Source: Octopus vulgaris
Taxonomy: Eukaryota
DNA: 64,000 nucleotides
Direction: 5' to 3'
Assembly (NCBI GenBank): GCA_951406725.2
Contig: OX597827.1
Span: 14,136,001 to 14,200,000 of the forward strand
The position numbers and the translations under genes were made by a program. The notes beneath the pieces were generated by a model. It saw only the letters and a list, made by a program, of their open reading frames with translations, was not told the DNA's origin and searched no databases. Below are positions 38,531 through 50,594 of this stretch, in pieces; positions within the stretch are counted from its first letter, which is position 1, and every line of letters begins with the position of its first letter.

Positions 38531-39367
38531 TATACCAATATTTATGCTTCATAGCTGTTCCAAGAAGATATAGAACATAAATATTCTGTTCATTGTATGG
38601 TTCCATAAATCTAAATCTTGAAGAAAGTTGCATTTGCTGTTATTTTGTCCCTGTTGTTAGCCCTGCCCGTGTAGACATAAGATCATAGACATTACAACCA
38701 GGACCATCCTGTTTATTCGTTTTTTTTCTTCTGCTTCTGCTTCTTCTTCTTCTAGACATATCCTGCTTTGGATCACATAATCTAATTCCTTAGTTAAGGT
38801 TGCAGGCAGTGATTTAAAGGAGGTTTGACAACTATTTCTAGCAGTTTAGGTGAATGCATAGGAACTCCCCTCATTGTCTCTGCAAGAAAAAATATTGACA
38901 GTATGGGCAGTAAGGATAAACAAGGGGCAATTTAAAGATTTGAGGCTACAATTTATTCATTTATTTATTTATTTATTAATTTATTTACTTATTTATGTAT
39001 ACTGAGTGGAATTTAATGTTTGGAATATCTGGTAAAAAAAAAAAAAAGCTTGGCAGTTTCCAGTACAAAGAATTGAAGAATTATAAAGGAGAAGGGAAAA
39101 ATAAAATGGAGGCAACCATTATCATGTGATAATAAAGAAGGATAAAGGAAGAATAGGAATATAAAAAGAAAAGAAGATTCAGGGAAAAAAATAAACCGTA
39201 TGAGAATTTTTTCTTTAAGATGAAGACAGTATGGGTGGAGGCGGGTGGGGGTGGAATCTAAGAAGAGGAATAAAGAAGATGAGATAACCTTAAAAAAAAA
39301 AATTTAGCCATAACAGTGCAATAAGAGAGGGATAAAGAAAGCAAAACAAACATTAAATAGATACTAT

Positions 39368-39421
<54 letters not shown>

Positions 39422-39436
39422 AAGAAAGAGAGAGAG

Positions 39437-39475
<39 letters not shown>

Positions 39476-39492
39476 GAGAAAGAAAGAAAGAG

Positions 39493-39577
<85 letters not shown>

Positions 39578-39775
39578 AAGAAAGAAAGAAAGAAAAAGGA
39601 AGGAAAAATGAAAGAAAGAAAGAGAGAGAGAGAGAGAGAAAGAAAGAAAGAAAGAAAGAAAGAAAAAAGAAAGAAAGAAAGAAAGAAAGGAAGAAGAAAG
39701 AGAGAAAGAAAGAAAGAAAAGAAAGAAAGAAAAAAAGAAAGAAAAAGAAAGAGAAAGAAAGAGAGAAAGAAAGGA
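39368..39775. repeat. (GAAA)n/(GA)n polypurine tract
   Basis: About 400 bp, almost entirely purine. Confidence 0.95.
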
Positions 39776-41115
39776 ATGGTATGAAATGAAACATCAGAGT
39801 TGTGCATAGAATCTAGACAAAGACGAAGTAAAAAGACTAAAAATTTGTTCAAGTTTTTGTATCAAATTCAATCTAAAAACATTAATGATAGCCTTCAGAA
39901 TCAACAAACAATAGGTTTTGCATTATCAAGTGCTTATATATGGAAGGACATTTGCATAATAATTCAACAGCTCAAGAACTAAATCTCTGACTATTGAATC
40001 CTGTGAAGAATAGCTTATTTGTGTAAATAAAACAATATATGGTAATTGCATAAAAGAAATAAGAAGGAAGTATGGGATTATGGAAGCCAGACTGTCTGAC
40101 TGGATAAACTAAATAGAGATTGATTCGGTAATACTTATTTATGATTGGCGCTTGAGAATCCTTGCAGGCAATCTTGGACAAAAACAGTTAACAGAAGGGC
40201 TGCTTCGCATCACGAGCATTAATGCTGCAGCCACCAGCATCAGCATCATTGCTCTGACTTATGTTCTGATGCTGCCTATTCTCCGCTACCAGCATTCCAC
40301 CAGACCTTCTTTGCTGGTTTGCATGATAGCAAAAGGCTGAGAGAGAAAAAAAAATCAATTACTTCGCTCTCTGCTTCTAGATTTATTCTTGTTTTCCTTC
40401 GAAAAGAACAAAAAAAAAAATTTTTTCCTCTCCGTATGGAAGTTAGTTCAATCTTTAATTAATCTAGGCTGAAATTTTATTGCCTTGTTTACTTTGTTTA
40501 TCTGTTTATCTGCTGTATTTTAGTTTGGATCAAGATTATACAAAGATGTTCAGACTCAATGGATTTGAAAGCATATCCTCCATCTGTATATGCAACTGTT
40601 ACAAAGCAGTATATACCATACCCCCATCTACAGCCTTACCATCTTGCAAAGTGTAGAAACCTGTGCATATGTCTTTCCTTGCAAACATGGTTCAGGTGAT
40701 TATTTTTTTTCCAATTCAATTTGGGATATTTTTATCAATTATCAATCGAGGCATTGAGTGTGTTAGAGCTTAATGCTCTTTACATAAAACAGCAAAGATT
40801 TAGAGATGAAGCATGAATGGAGATAATCCTAACTAAACTGCCTTAGACTTATAATGTTCGGATATGAACCTGGACTGAAGTATTTTGCCAAACAGGCACA
40901 ATGTAATGATGCTACTTGTAACATTTCCGTGTTCGATATTCAATAGTCCAGAAATTTGGCTTTCTATTTCCTGTCCCAAAAATTCCCTTCATTCTTGTCC
41001 TATCACCAGATTTGGAACTAACAGGACCAGGAATTATAAGGATCAGTTTTCATTTCGATCTTTGATAAAGTAAAATACCGGGAATGTTTTGAGATTGGTA
41101 AGGACTTTGAACATA

Positions 41116-41513
41116 TGGCTGTGTGGTAAGTAGCTTGCTAACCAACCACATGGTTCCGGGTTCAGTCCCACTGCATGGCATCTTGGGCAAGTGTCTTCTG
41201 CTATAGCCCCGGGCCGACCAATGTCTTGTGAGTGGATTTGGTAGATGGAAACTGAAAGAAGCCTGTCGTATATATGTATATATATATGTATGTGTGTGTG
41301 TTTGTGTGTCTGTGTTTGTCCCCCTAGCATTGCTTGACAACCGATGCTGGTGTGTTTACGTCCCCGTCATTTAGCGGTTCGGCAAAAGTGACCGAGAGAA
41401 TAAGTACTGGGCTTACAAAGAATAAGTCCTGGGGTCGATTTGCTCGACTAAAGGCGGTGCTCCAGCATGGCCGCAGACAAATGACTGAAACAAGTAAAAG
41501 AGAGTAAAAGAGT
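41116..41513 (+). mobile_element. SINE family A
   Basis: Consensus match. Confidence 0.9.
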
Positions 41514-41944
41514 ATATTATGAAATAAAATTCTTTCCTTCCCTCTGTCCTTGGTTGCTTATTCCTTAACGAGATATAGGGGGTGGAATCATAACATAGGA
41601 CGTGTCATGGGCATTTTAAACACCTTGTGGAGCATGTACTTTACAATGCCGGAATATCCGGTTTCTTTCAGAGAGAAAGAGAAAAAAGAGAAAGTGTGAT
41701 ACTGCAAGAGAGAGACAGAGTGAGAGGGGGAAGGGAGGGAGGAGGAGGATCACATTATAGAACTGTTGCATCATTCAATGACCTCCCAAAGAATGAAAAA
41801 CCAAAGCTGACCTCGACAGGATCTGAGCAAATATTGCAAAGTAGCCTGTCCAGTTTTTTAATGATTCAGCCAATTCACCAACACATCACATGATAAAAAA
41901 TACCCCTGAAAATATGCATTAGTTATGTGGGGAGATGTTAAAGC

Positions 41945-42656
41945 AAGTGCTGTAATATGCTCTTTACTACACTAGGCACAAGGCCCGAAATTTTGGTGGA
42001 GGGGGCCAGTCGATAAGATTGATCTCAGTATGCAACTGGTACTTAATTTATCGACCCCCGAAAGGATGAAAGGCAAAGCTGATCTCGGCAGAATTTGAAC
42101 TCAGAACATAAAGACAGATGAAATACTGCTAAGCATTTCATCTGGTGTGCTAACGTTTCTGCCAGCTCACCGCCTTAAGTGCTGTAATATACTCTTTTCT
42201 ACTCTAGGCACAAGGTCCGAAATTGTGGTGGAGGGGGCCAGTCGATAAGAATGATTCCAGTATGCAACTGGTACTTAATTTATCGACCCCGAAAGGATGA
42301 AAGGCAAAGCTGATCTCAGCAGAATTTGAACTCAGAACATAAAGACAGATGAAATACTGCTAAGCATTTCATCTGGTGTGCTAACGTTTCTGCCAGCTCA
42401 CCGCCTTAAGTGCTGTAATATACTCTTTTCTACTCTAGGCACAAGGCCCGAAATTGTGGTGGAGGGGGGCCAGTCGATAAGAATGATTCCAGTATGCAAC
42501 TGGTACTTAATTTATCGACCCCGAAAGGATGAAAGGCAAAGCTGATCTCAGCAGAATTTGAACTCAGAACGTAAAGACGAATGAAATACTGCTAAGCATT
42601 TCATCTGGCGTGCTAACGTTTCTGCCAGCTCACCGCCTTAAGTGCTGTAATATACT
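41945..42656 (-). repeat. Tandem triplication (231-232-bp unit) of a family B SINE plus its target site
   Basis: aagtgctgtaatat(a/g)ct at 41945, 42177, 42408 and 42640 separates three near-identical SINE copies. Confidence 0.9.
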
Positions 42657-43052
42657 AGTGATAGATATGCATGTACCACTATTGTATTATATATGCTCCA
42701 GTTTAATATGTAATAATATGTACTGCTATTGGGTTATACATATATGTGCCATTATTGTTGTATATTACCTTCTTCATCGTCATAGTTTCAATATCCTCTG
42801 TTCCATGTTTACATGGTTCAGATGGAATTTTTTTGAGGCAGATTTTCCATGTCTGGATGCAGTTTCCAGCCACCAAACATCATCTGTTTTCCATGCAAGG
42901 TAATGTTTTTTCATAGCAAGACGTGTTTTTTTTTTTTCATGAAAAACTGGAAATGAACAACATTGCTTGTGTGATGGTGATGTCTGTTTAACAACTATTA
43001 CGTGATGTCAAGACTAGAGTACACATACACACACAAACAGACATGCAGAGAG

Positions 43053-43164
43053 ACCTAGTTTCCACATTGACCACCAGATAAGCTATCGGAGAACCTTGCC
43101 AAAGGCTTTCCTCATGTCAACAAAAGCCAAGTACAGAGGTCTACTCGGTTTGATACTTCTGCAA

Positions 43165-43168
<4 letters not shown>
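43053..43168 (-). mobile_element. RTE LINE reverse-transcriptase fragment
   Basis: QLQKY..RPLYLAFVDMRKAFGKVLR*LIWWSMWKLG resembles RT motif PLYLAFVD.EKAFDRV. Confidence 0.75.
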
Positions 43169-43197
<29 letters not shown>

Positions 43198-43201
<4 letters not shown>

Positions 43202-43582
43202 AGAGTTTACGAAAAAACAAAAGACCAAGACAGGTGGTGTACAAAACAAACAGATGTATTAGTATAACGCTCAGGAATAGAAAAAGTCTTTTACGTTTCG
43301 AGCCTATGCTCTTCTACAGAAAGGGACACAGAAAAAACAAGGAGAGAAAAAAATGTGTATAGTGGCTAATGATCTATCATGGCGATATATATATAGGGAG
43401 AATTCACAAAAAAACAAAAGACAAAGACAGGTGGTGTATACAACAAACAGATGTATTAGAATAACACTTGGGAAGTGAAAAAGTCTTTAACTTTTCGAGC
43501 CTACGCTCTTCTACAGAAAGGGACACAGAGAGAAACAAGGAGAGAAAATAAAGAACATGTAGTGACTAGGAATCTATCATGG

Positions 43583-43585
<3 letters not shown>
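43198..43585 (-). mobile_element. Two tandem Penelope-like non-autonomous units in (TA)n with hammerhead-like motifs
   Basis: About 190-bp units; cttt-CTGTAGA-a-gagc NNNN gctc-GAAA-cgta-aaag at 43288-43323 and a variant at 43485-43520. Confidence 0.55.
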
Positions 43586-43619
<34 letters not shown>

Positions 43620-44221
43620 ACACATGTATGTATGTATGGATGCATGTATTTGTATGTATATATATATATGAATATATAACTCCGTGTGTGTCTCTGTTTG
43701 TGCTTGTCCCTACTACAGCTTGACAATTGGTGTAGGCTTGCTCATATCCCCATAACTTAGCAGTTTGGCAAAAGAGACCAATAGAATAATTACCAGGCTT
43801 TAAAAAAGAACAAAAAACATAAAAAAAAACAAATAAGTACCGGGATTGATTTGTTCGACTAAACCCTTAAAGCATATCTGCAGTCCAGTGGCAGAAACAA
43901 GTAAAAGATAAAAGATAAAAGTGTGTGTGTGTGTGTGTGTACTGATATTGCATTGATTTAGAATAATAGTTATAACCAATGATGATGGTATCCATCTTGA
44001 CCACCAAATGAAAAACTTTGCATAAACAGGCTGAAAACAGTTTTCGAAAAAAACATATTAATCAATATGTCAATTTTGATTTAATAATCAAAATGGAAAT
44101 TTTAAAAATGGTGAAATAGATTGGATTAGGATTAACAATTAAGTTTTTATATGTTACACAAAGTATTTGTCTGATAAAAAATATATCTATCCAGACTATA
44201 GCCATGGATATTAATTATTAA

Positions 44222-44442
44222 CCCTTTAGCTTTTAAACTGGCCATATCCGGCCAGAAGTATTCTGCCTGTTTGATGTTCAAAATGGCCAGATCTGGTCTC
44301 TCACACCAACCCTACAATATCGTTTTAAAAATGAACAGCTACCTCATCAAAATCTCATAGCTACAAGATAATGCATGATTAGTTCAAGGCAATGTGGATG
44401 AAAAAGCATTAATTTTGGCAGGATAATGCGAACACTAAAGGG
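44222..44442. mobile_element. piggyBac-type MITE
   Basis: TTAA|ccctttag...ctaaaggg|TTAA; related copies at 4.6k, 22.4k and 57.1k. Confidence 0.85.
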
Positions 44443-44459
44443 TTAAATGCAAATAATTT

Positions 44460-44866
44460 TTTCCACTCTAGGCACAAGGCCTGAAATTTTGGGGGAGTGG
44501 GGAAATCGATTACATCGACCCCAGTATGCAACTGGTACTTAATTTATTAAGGCGGAGAACTGGCAGAAACGTTAGCACGCCGGGCGAAATGCTCAGCGGT
44601 ATTTCGCCTGCCGCTACGTTCTGAGTTCAAATTCCGCCGAGGTCGACTTTGCTTTTCATCCTTTCGGGGTCGATTAAATAAGTACCAGTTACACACTGGG
44701 GTCGATGTAATCGACTTAATCCGTTTGTCTGTCCTTGTTTTTCCTCTCTGTGTTTAGCCCCTTATGGGTAGTAAAGAAATAGGTACTTAATTTATTGACC
44801 CTGAAAGGATGAAAGGCAAAGTCGACCTCGGCGGAATTTGAACTCAGAATGTAAAGACAGACGAAT
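44460..44866. mobile_element. Family B SINE (+, 44530-44781) inserted into a family B SINE (-)
   Basis: TSD ggtacttaatttatt on both sides of the inner copy. Confidence 0.85.
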
Positions 44867-44959
44867 TAAATGTTAATATTAAATGATATCCAATTAATTA
44901 TAAAAATTGCTAATTCAATGCTTGAAATTTAATGTGTATTTAATTCAGTAAAAAATTAA

Positions 44960-45080
44960 CGCGGTCATTGTCGTTGCCGTCATAGCAACAGTCGTCGTCA
45001 ATGTTGTCGTTATTGTCTTCGTTATCATCGTGGCCATTGTTGTCCGTGATGCCATCATCGTCGACGTCGTCATCCTTATT

Positions 45081-45111
<31 letters not shown>

Positions 45112-45404
45112 CCACCACCGCCACCACCATCACATCATTGTAATCATCAACATCAGCATAATCATTATCCTCCTCTTCCTCTGCCTCCTCATCACCAACA
45201 TCACCACCATCATCATCATCATCATCATCATCAACATCACCACCATCATCATCATCATCATCATCGTCATCATCATCAACATCATCATCATCATCATCAA
45301 CATCATCACCACCACCATTATCACATCATCATAATCATCAACATCAGCATAATCATTATCCTCCCCTTCCTCAGCCTCATCACCACAACCACCACCACAA
45401 ACAC

Positions 45405-45475
<71 letters not shown>

Positions 45476-45530
45476 CTATCATCATTGTTACCATCATCAT
45501 TCCCTATTCTTGATGATGATGATGATGATC
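44960..45530. repeat. (CAT/CAC)n trinucleotide region
   Basis: Source of the poly-H/I/D ORFs. Confidence 0.9.
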
Positions 45531-45689
45531 TTCGTGGTAGTGGTAGGTGGTGGGGTGGGGGTGGTGTTGGGGTGATGTTGATGATGCTGATGTTAGTGGA
45601 GATGATAATGCTCTTCTTGAACCTGAGAGCATATGGATGGGACGTGAACTTCTTAACTACACAGCCACGCCTGCAAATTTTCCATGCCT

Positions 45690-46312
45690 GTGCATATGTA
45701 TATATATGTGCATGCATGTGTGTGTGTGTGCGTTTGCATGTATGTGCATTTGCATGCGAGTGTGTGTGCACACGTACATGCATGCATATGTGTGTGCATG
45801 CATGTGTATGTATGCATGTGTTTGTGTGTGTGCTTGTGTATGTGTGTATGTGCTTGTGCGTGTGTGTGTGTGGGTGTATGTGCGTGCACGTGTACATACA
45901 CGCATATGTGTGTGCATACATGTGTGTGTATATATATGTGTGTGTGTGTGCACGTGTACATGCATGCATATGTGTGTACATACATGTGTGTATATAAGTG
46001 TGTGTGTGCACGTCTACATGCATGCATATGTGTGTACATACATGTGTGTGTATATATATGTGTGTGTGTGTGCATGTGTACATGCATGCATGTGTGTGTA
46101 CATACATGTGTGTGTATATATATGTGTGTGTGTGCACGTCTACATGCATGCATATGTGTGTACATACATGTGTGTGTATATATGTGTGTGTGTGCTTGTG
46201 TGTGTGTGTGTGCGTGCGTATATGTGTGTGTGTGCACATGTTCATGCATGCATATGTGTGTGTATGTATGTGTGTGTGTGTGTGTGTCCGTGTGTGTCCG
46301 TGTGTGTGTGTG
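45690..46312. repeat. Compound TG/CATG minisatellite
   Basis: Recurring gtgcacgt(c/g)tacatgcatgcatatgtgtgtacatacatgtgtg units of about 60 bp. Confidence 0.85.
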
Positions 46313-47641
46313 CAAGCATTGTGATTGAGGAATTCTAAGAGATAAACGAAACTCAACACTGAAATCAGATTGAAAGCAAAGTATAAAGTTTCTGTTTTTC
46401 TCTTCCAGGAACTTATTGGAAGTAAAAAAAAGACGTCTGCAACAAAAGCGCCTAAATGTAATTTTATGCCTCACAGAAAGAAAAGATCTGAAAATAGTTC
46501 CATAAGAAACATTGGCCGGCAGCCAACATAAGGTGGACATAATTCCTTATACAGACAAGATTCTATTATAAATCCAAAATATTCTGCGTAAAGTATGTTT
46601 ATGGAGACCTGCTGGTCTATAACCAAAAAACTATATAGAGGAACAAGTTGTCTTGGAAACAATCCAACATAGCAATTGTGTCATTTAGTGAACAGAAATT
46701 AAAGCAATTGTAAAGAATATCACCATGATGTTTTAGCGATATTATCCATTGCATTAGTTTTTTTCTATTTTTCTAATGGCATCATTGGAAATGAATCCAC
46801 CATTTCTCACAAGACAATTGAAGCATGGCACAAAGCAAAAAAAAAAAAAAAAAAAAAAAAATAGCACTGTTGTGATAAGGGAATTGTCCATATCGGTATT
46901 GATCCCTTTTTGTTTCTGTAGAAAAATTTGCCTTCTATGAAGATGTAAGCCAGTCACTGGTCATATGTCTGAGTATGACAAATAGAGCCGGGGTAGAGTC
47001 TTTTGCAGTCTTGTGAATCCTGGTTCAATCTCACTGCACAGCAATTTGAGGGATTGAATAATTTCACCAAAGCCTTGAATTGGCTGATGGCTTGTATTAT
47101 GGGCGATATGGTTGACAGAAACTAAGCATTATGGGTGTGTGGTAAGAGGCTTGCTTCCCAACCACATGGTCCTGGGTTCAGTTTCACTGCATGGCACCTT
47201 AGGCAAGTATCTTCTACTGTCATTCATAACCAAAGGGAGTCTTTTATATATATGACTATATATTTATGGTCTGTATGTATGTATATGTATATGCGGCGGT
47301 GCATCAGCATGGTCGCAGCTCTGAGCTGAAACTAGAGAGAAAAATATATATATATATATATTTATTCTACCAATTATATATGTTTTTATTATTTTTTTGC
47401 AATTTACTTAATCATTGGTATCTTATTGTTATTTTAATTTTAATATTTCGATTATATGTAATTTTCTAGATGGAATAATTTAATTGTTCATTTTGAATTG
47501 ATAAAAGGTGTTTTTTCTAGTTTTTGATATATATATATTATATTGTGTGAAATTTGATTTAGTATTTCTAAATTGAATTTTTTCCCTGTAAGTTAGGATT
47601 AATATTCCCTCAAATAATAATTATATATATATACATGCACA

Positions 47642-47917
47642 CAAATTAAAATCCAGAAAATGGAGGAGTAGTGTTAATATAATGTATTATCTGCAAAAAT
47701 TCCCCAACAACTGCTTGAGTTGTTTTGGAAGAATAACATGTAACAACCTAACAATTTTTTTTTACTCCTCTGACCAGATTTTGCCTAATAAAATGTTTTA
47801 ATTACTGAAATTTAATTTTTAGGGGCAAAATCGAAACAGTTGTAAGTGAACATACTGAATTTTTGCAGTCAATAAATTATATTAATGCTACTTCTCCGTT
47901 TTCTGGATTTTAATTTG
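47642..47917. mobile_element. Fold-back element (about 60-bp inverted arms) containing a hammerhead-like motif; probable Penelope-like remnant
   Basis: caaattaaaatccagaaaatggag...gcaaaaattc is inverted at 47857-47917; CTGACCA-gattttgcc...ggcaaaatc-GAAA-cagttg-TA at 47770-47844. Confidence 0.6.
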
Positions 47918-48047
47918 AATATTTTATAAACCAAGATTTATACTTAAACCTATTATATTAGGAATATTACTAACAGAATAGTAGGTTACAAACCAGTAAT
48001 TCACTAGATATTTTCTGTCCATTAAGGTGGTTATTTTAGCCCCTATT

Positions 48048-48084
<37 letters not shown>

Positions 48085-48563
48085 CAAAATGGGACAAGAA
48101 CGCAAAACATCCAGACAGTTACATGACACAAAACATCCAAATAGACGATACAAAGAAAACAAGGATGGTTCATTCAAAGCTTTCTTTCTTCAGTCAAGTA
48201 CCAGATTATCTTCGCAATTTCGGCTGATTATACTTGAGATTGCTCCAATCTGACCAGCCCCAAGGAAGAACTATGCTAAGAGCATTAGATTCCTTGGAAG
48301 AAAGCAGCGAATGTATACAAAAACAAGGACGGAAAAAAACGGACGTTACACAAATACAATAAAATAATAACAGTACATAACAACTGGTGTCTTTCAACAA
48401 AAGATGAATTAAATTAAGTTGGTGTTTGGCAGTGAAGCCTTATGGCAGGGGTACAAGATTTCACAAACACAGGGAGGAATATCGATGATGCACGGACAAC
48501 GGCCAGACCAATATATATATATATATATATATATAAACACACACACACATATATATATATATA

Positions 48564-48992
48564 GAATCTTTTCGGTTTGAACGGCAGTTTTTCTAGTGGT
48601 GTCATATGAAATTGTCACCCATAATTATAACCCTAGTATCGATCTATTGCATTTCAATCTGTTTTAGGGTTAGGGCTAGAGTTAGGGTTAGGGGTGGAGG
48701 GAAGGCTATCTTTTTTTCTTCACAAATGTAAATAAACCCAATCTGTTTCTTAAACGAGGGACATATTTATACGGCACAGAATGTTTTTTTACCTCAATAG
48801 ACATCAGTGATTGGTTGAAATTGCAGAAATTGAAGAAACAAAACAACAAATATCTTACAAACTATAGAATTTTCTCAATAAAGCCAAGAGAAAAAGATGT
48901 TTTATAAACACATTCTACCAGTATACAAAGTTTAAAATTTTTTAGTTACCTAGAAATTATGTTAAAAACTGTTGTTCAAACCGAAAAGATCC
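48564..48992. mobile_element. MITE with ~28-bp TIRs and internal telomere-like TTAGGG repeats
   Basis: gaatcttttcggtttgaacggcagtttt / aaaactgttgttcaaaccgaaaagatcc; ttagggttagggctagagttagggttagggg near 48664-48694. Confidence 0.8.
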
Positions 48993-49019
48993 TCTTATAA
49001 TATTAATATAAAATAATAT

Positions 49020-49452
49020 AGTAAAAAGAAATGAAATGAAGTATTGTATATTCTTACTGAACAAATGAAATATGAAATGTCCATTCTTATTGAACTAGTA
49101 TACTTTCTTACATTTATGCAGTCTTCAGGTTCATATGGTTGTGGTGACAGTTGGGTTCCTTGGTTTCAACTGTGGTTGACTGGTTAAATTTTGTCCTTCA
49201 TATACATTCCTGTGGACAGAAGTAGTAGTTGCTTGTCTATTTTTAGAAATGATGCCATACCATTTTTCAGTGTTTATTTCTAAGAAATGATAACAGCAGT
49301 ACTTTTTAGAGATTTTTATTTTTTAAATACGGGGATAAGATTTTAAAACCTTAAATAGGATTATTTTTTTATCATTGTTTATTAAATTTGGTTTTGAATT
49401 TGTTAATAAAGTGCTTTTCTCTCAGTTTTCTCTTGATTTCATTCTGATTGTA
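49020..49452 (-). mobile_element. Penelope-like element 3' end (GIY-YIG endonuclease C-terminus plus 3' pseudo-LTR)
   Basis: 49452-49372 translates YNQNEIKRKLREKHFINKFKTKFNKQ*, resembling the PLE R...E..FI..F.P.LN motif, followed about 240 nt later by a hammerhead. Confidence 0.75.
49091..49133 (-). ncRNA. Minimal type I hammerhead ribozyme
   Basis: UGAAC-CUGAAGA-CUGCAUAAAUGUAA-GAA-AGUAUACU-A^GUUCA: 5-bp stem I, intact CUGANGA and GAAA core, short stem II, palindromic stem III, UA cleavage site. Confidence 0.75.
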
Positions 49453-49453
49453 T

Positions 49454-49667
49454 ACTCTTTTACTCTTTTACTCTTTTACTTGTTTCAGTCATTTGACTGC
49501 GGCCATGCTGGAGCACCGCCTTTAGTCGAGTAACTCAACCCCGGGACTTATTCTTTGTAAGCCTAGTACTTATTCTATCGGTCTCTTTTGCCACACCGCT
49601 AAGTTACGGGGACGTAAACACACCAGCATCAGTTGTCAAGCAATGTTGGGGGAACAAACACAAACAT

Positions 49668-49714
<47 letters not shown>

Positions 49715-50322
49715 TACGACAGGCTTCTTTCAGTTTCCGTCTACCAAATCTACTCACAAGGCTTTGGTCGGCCCGGGGCTATAGCAGGAAACACTTGCCC
49801 AAGGTGCCACGCAGTGGGACTGAGCCCAGAACCATGTGGTTGGTAAGCAAGCTACTTACCACACAGCCACTCCTGCGCCTATGTTTATGAAATGGAAATA
49901 TTACTCTCTTTACTCTTTTACTCTTTTACTTGTTTCAGTCATTTGACGGCAGCCTTGCTGCAGCACCACCTTTAGTCAAGCAAATCGATCCCAGGAATTA
50001 TTCTTTGTAAGCCTAGTACTTATTCTATCGGTCTCTTTTGCCGCACTGCTAAGTTACGGGGACGTAAACACACCAGCATCGGTTGTCAAGCGATGTTGGG
50101 GGAACAAACATAGACACACAAACACACACACACAGACACACACACACACACATATATACAATGGGCTTCTTTTCAGTTTCTGTCTACCAAATCCACTCAC
50201 ATGGCTTTGGTCAGCCCGAGGCTATAGTAGAAGACACTTGCTCAAGATGCCACGTAGTGGGACTGAACCCGGAACCATGTTGTTGGTTAGCAAGCTACTT
50301 ACCACACAGCCACCCCTGCACC
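49454..50322 (-). mobile_element. Two adjacent SINE family A copies (49454-49880, 49903-50322)
   Basis: Consensus matches. Confidence 0.9.
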
Positions 50323-50594
50323 TATGCATATTTACGTATATAAACATAGGATTTTATTTTCATTAATGTATAATGTACATAAACAAAGAATGAAAACATC
50401 AGCAAGAAATAAAAGAGAAAACTTTGTTCCCAGCAAATGAAGTCGTTTGTTGATCTATTGTTCTGGACCAAGTCATGTAGACAAACCCTTGCTACACTTG
50501 ACATCAAAAATGCTATGAATCAGCAATTGGCCTCCTGGAAACTTGTAACTAATGAAGCTATTGTTCACTGTGATATAAAATAAAATAAAAACCA

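Noticed and set aside
45130-46540. Long 409-, 295- and 263-aa ORFs
   Set aside because: Open only because the CA/CAT repeats lack stop codons.
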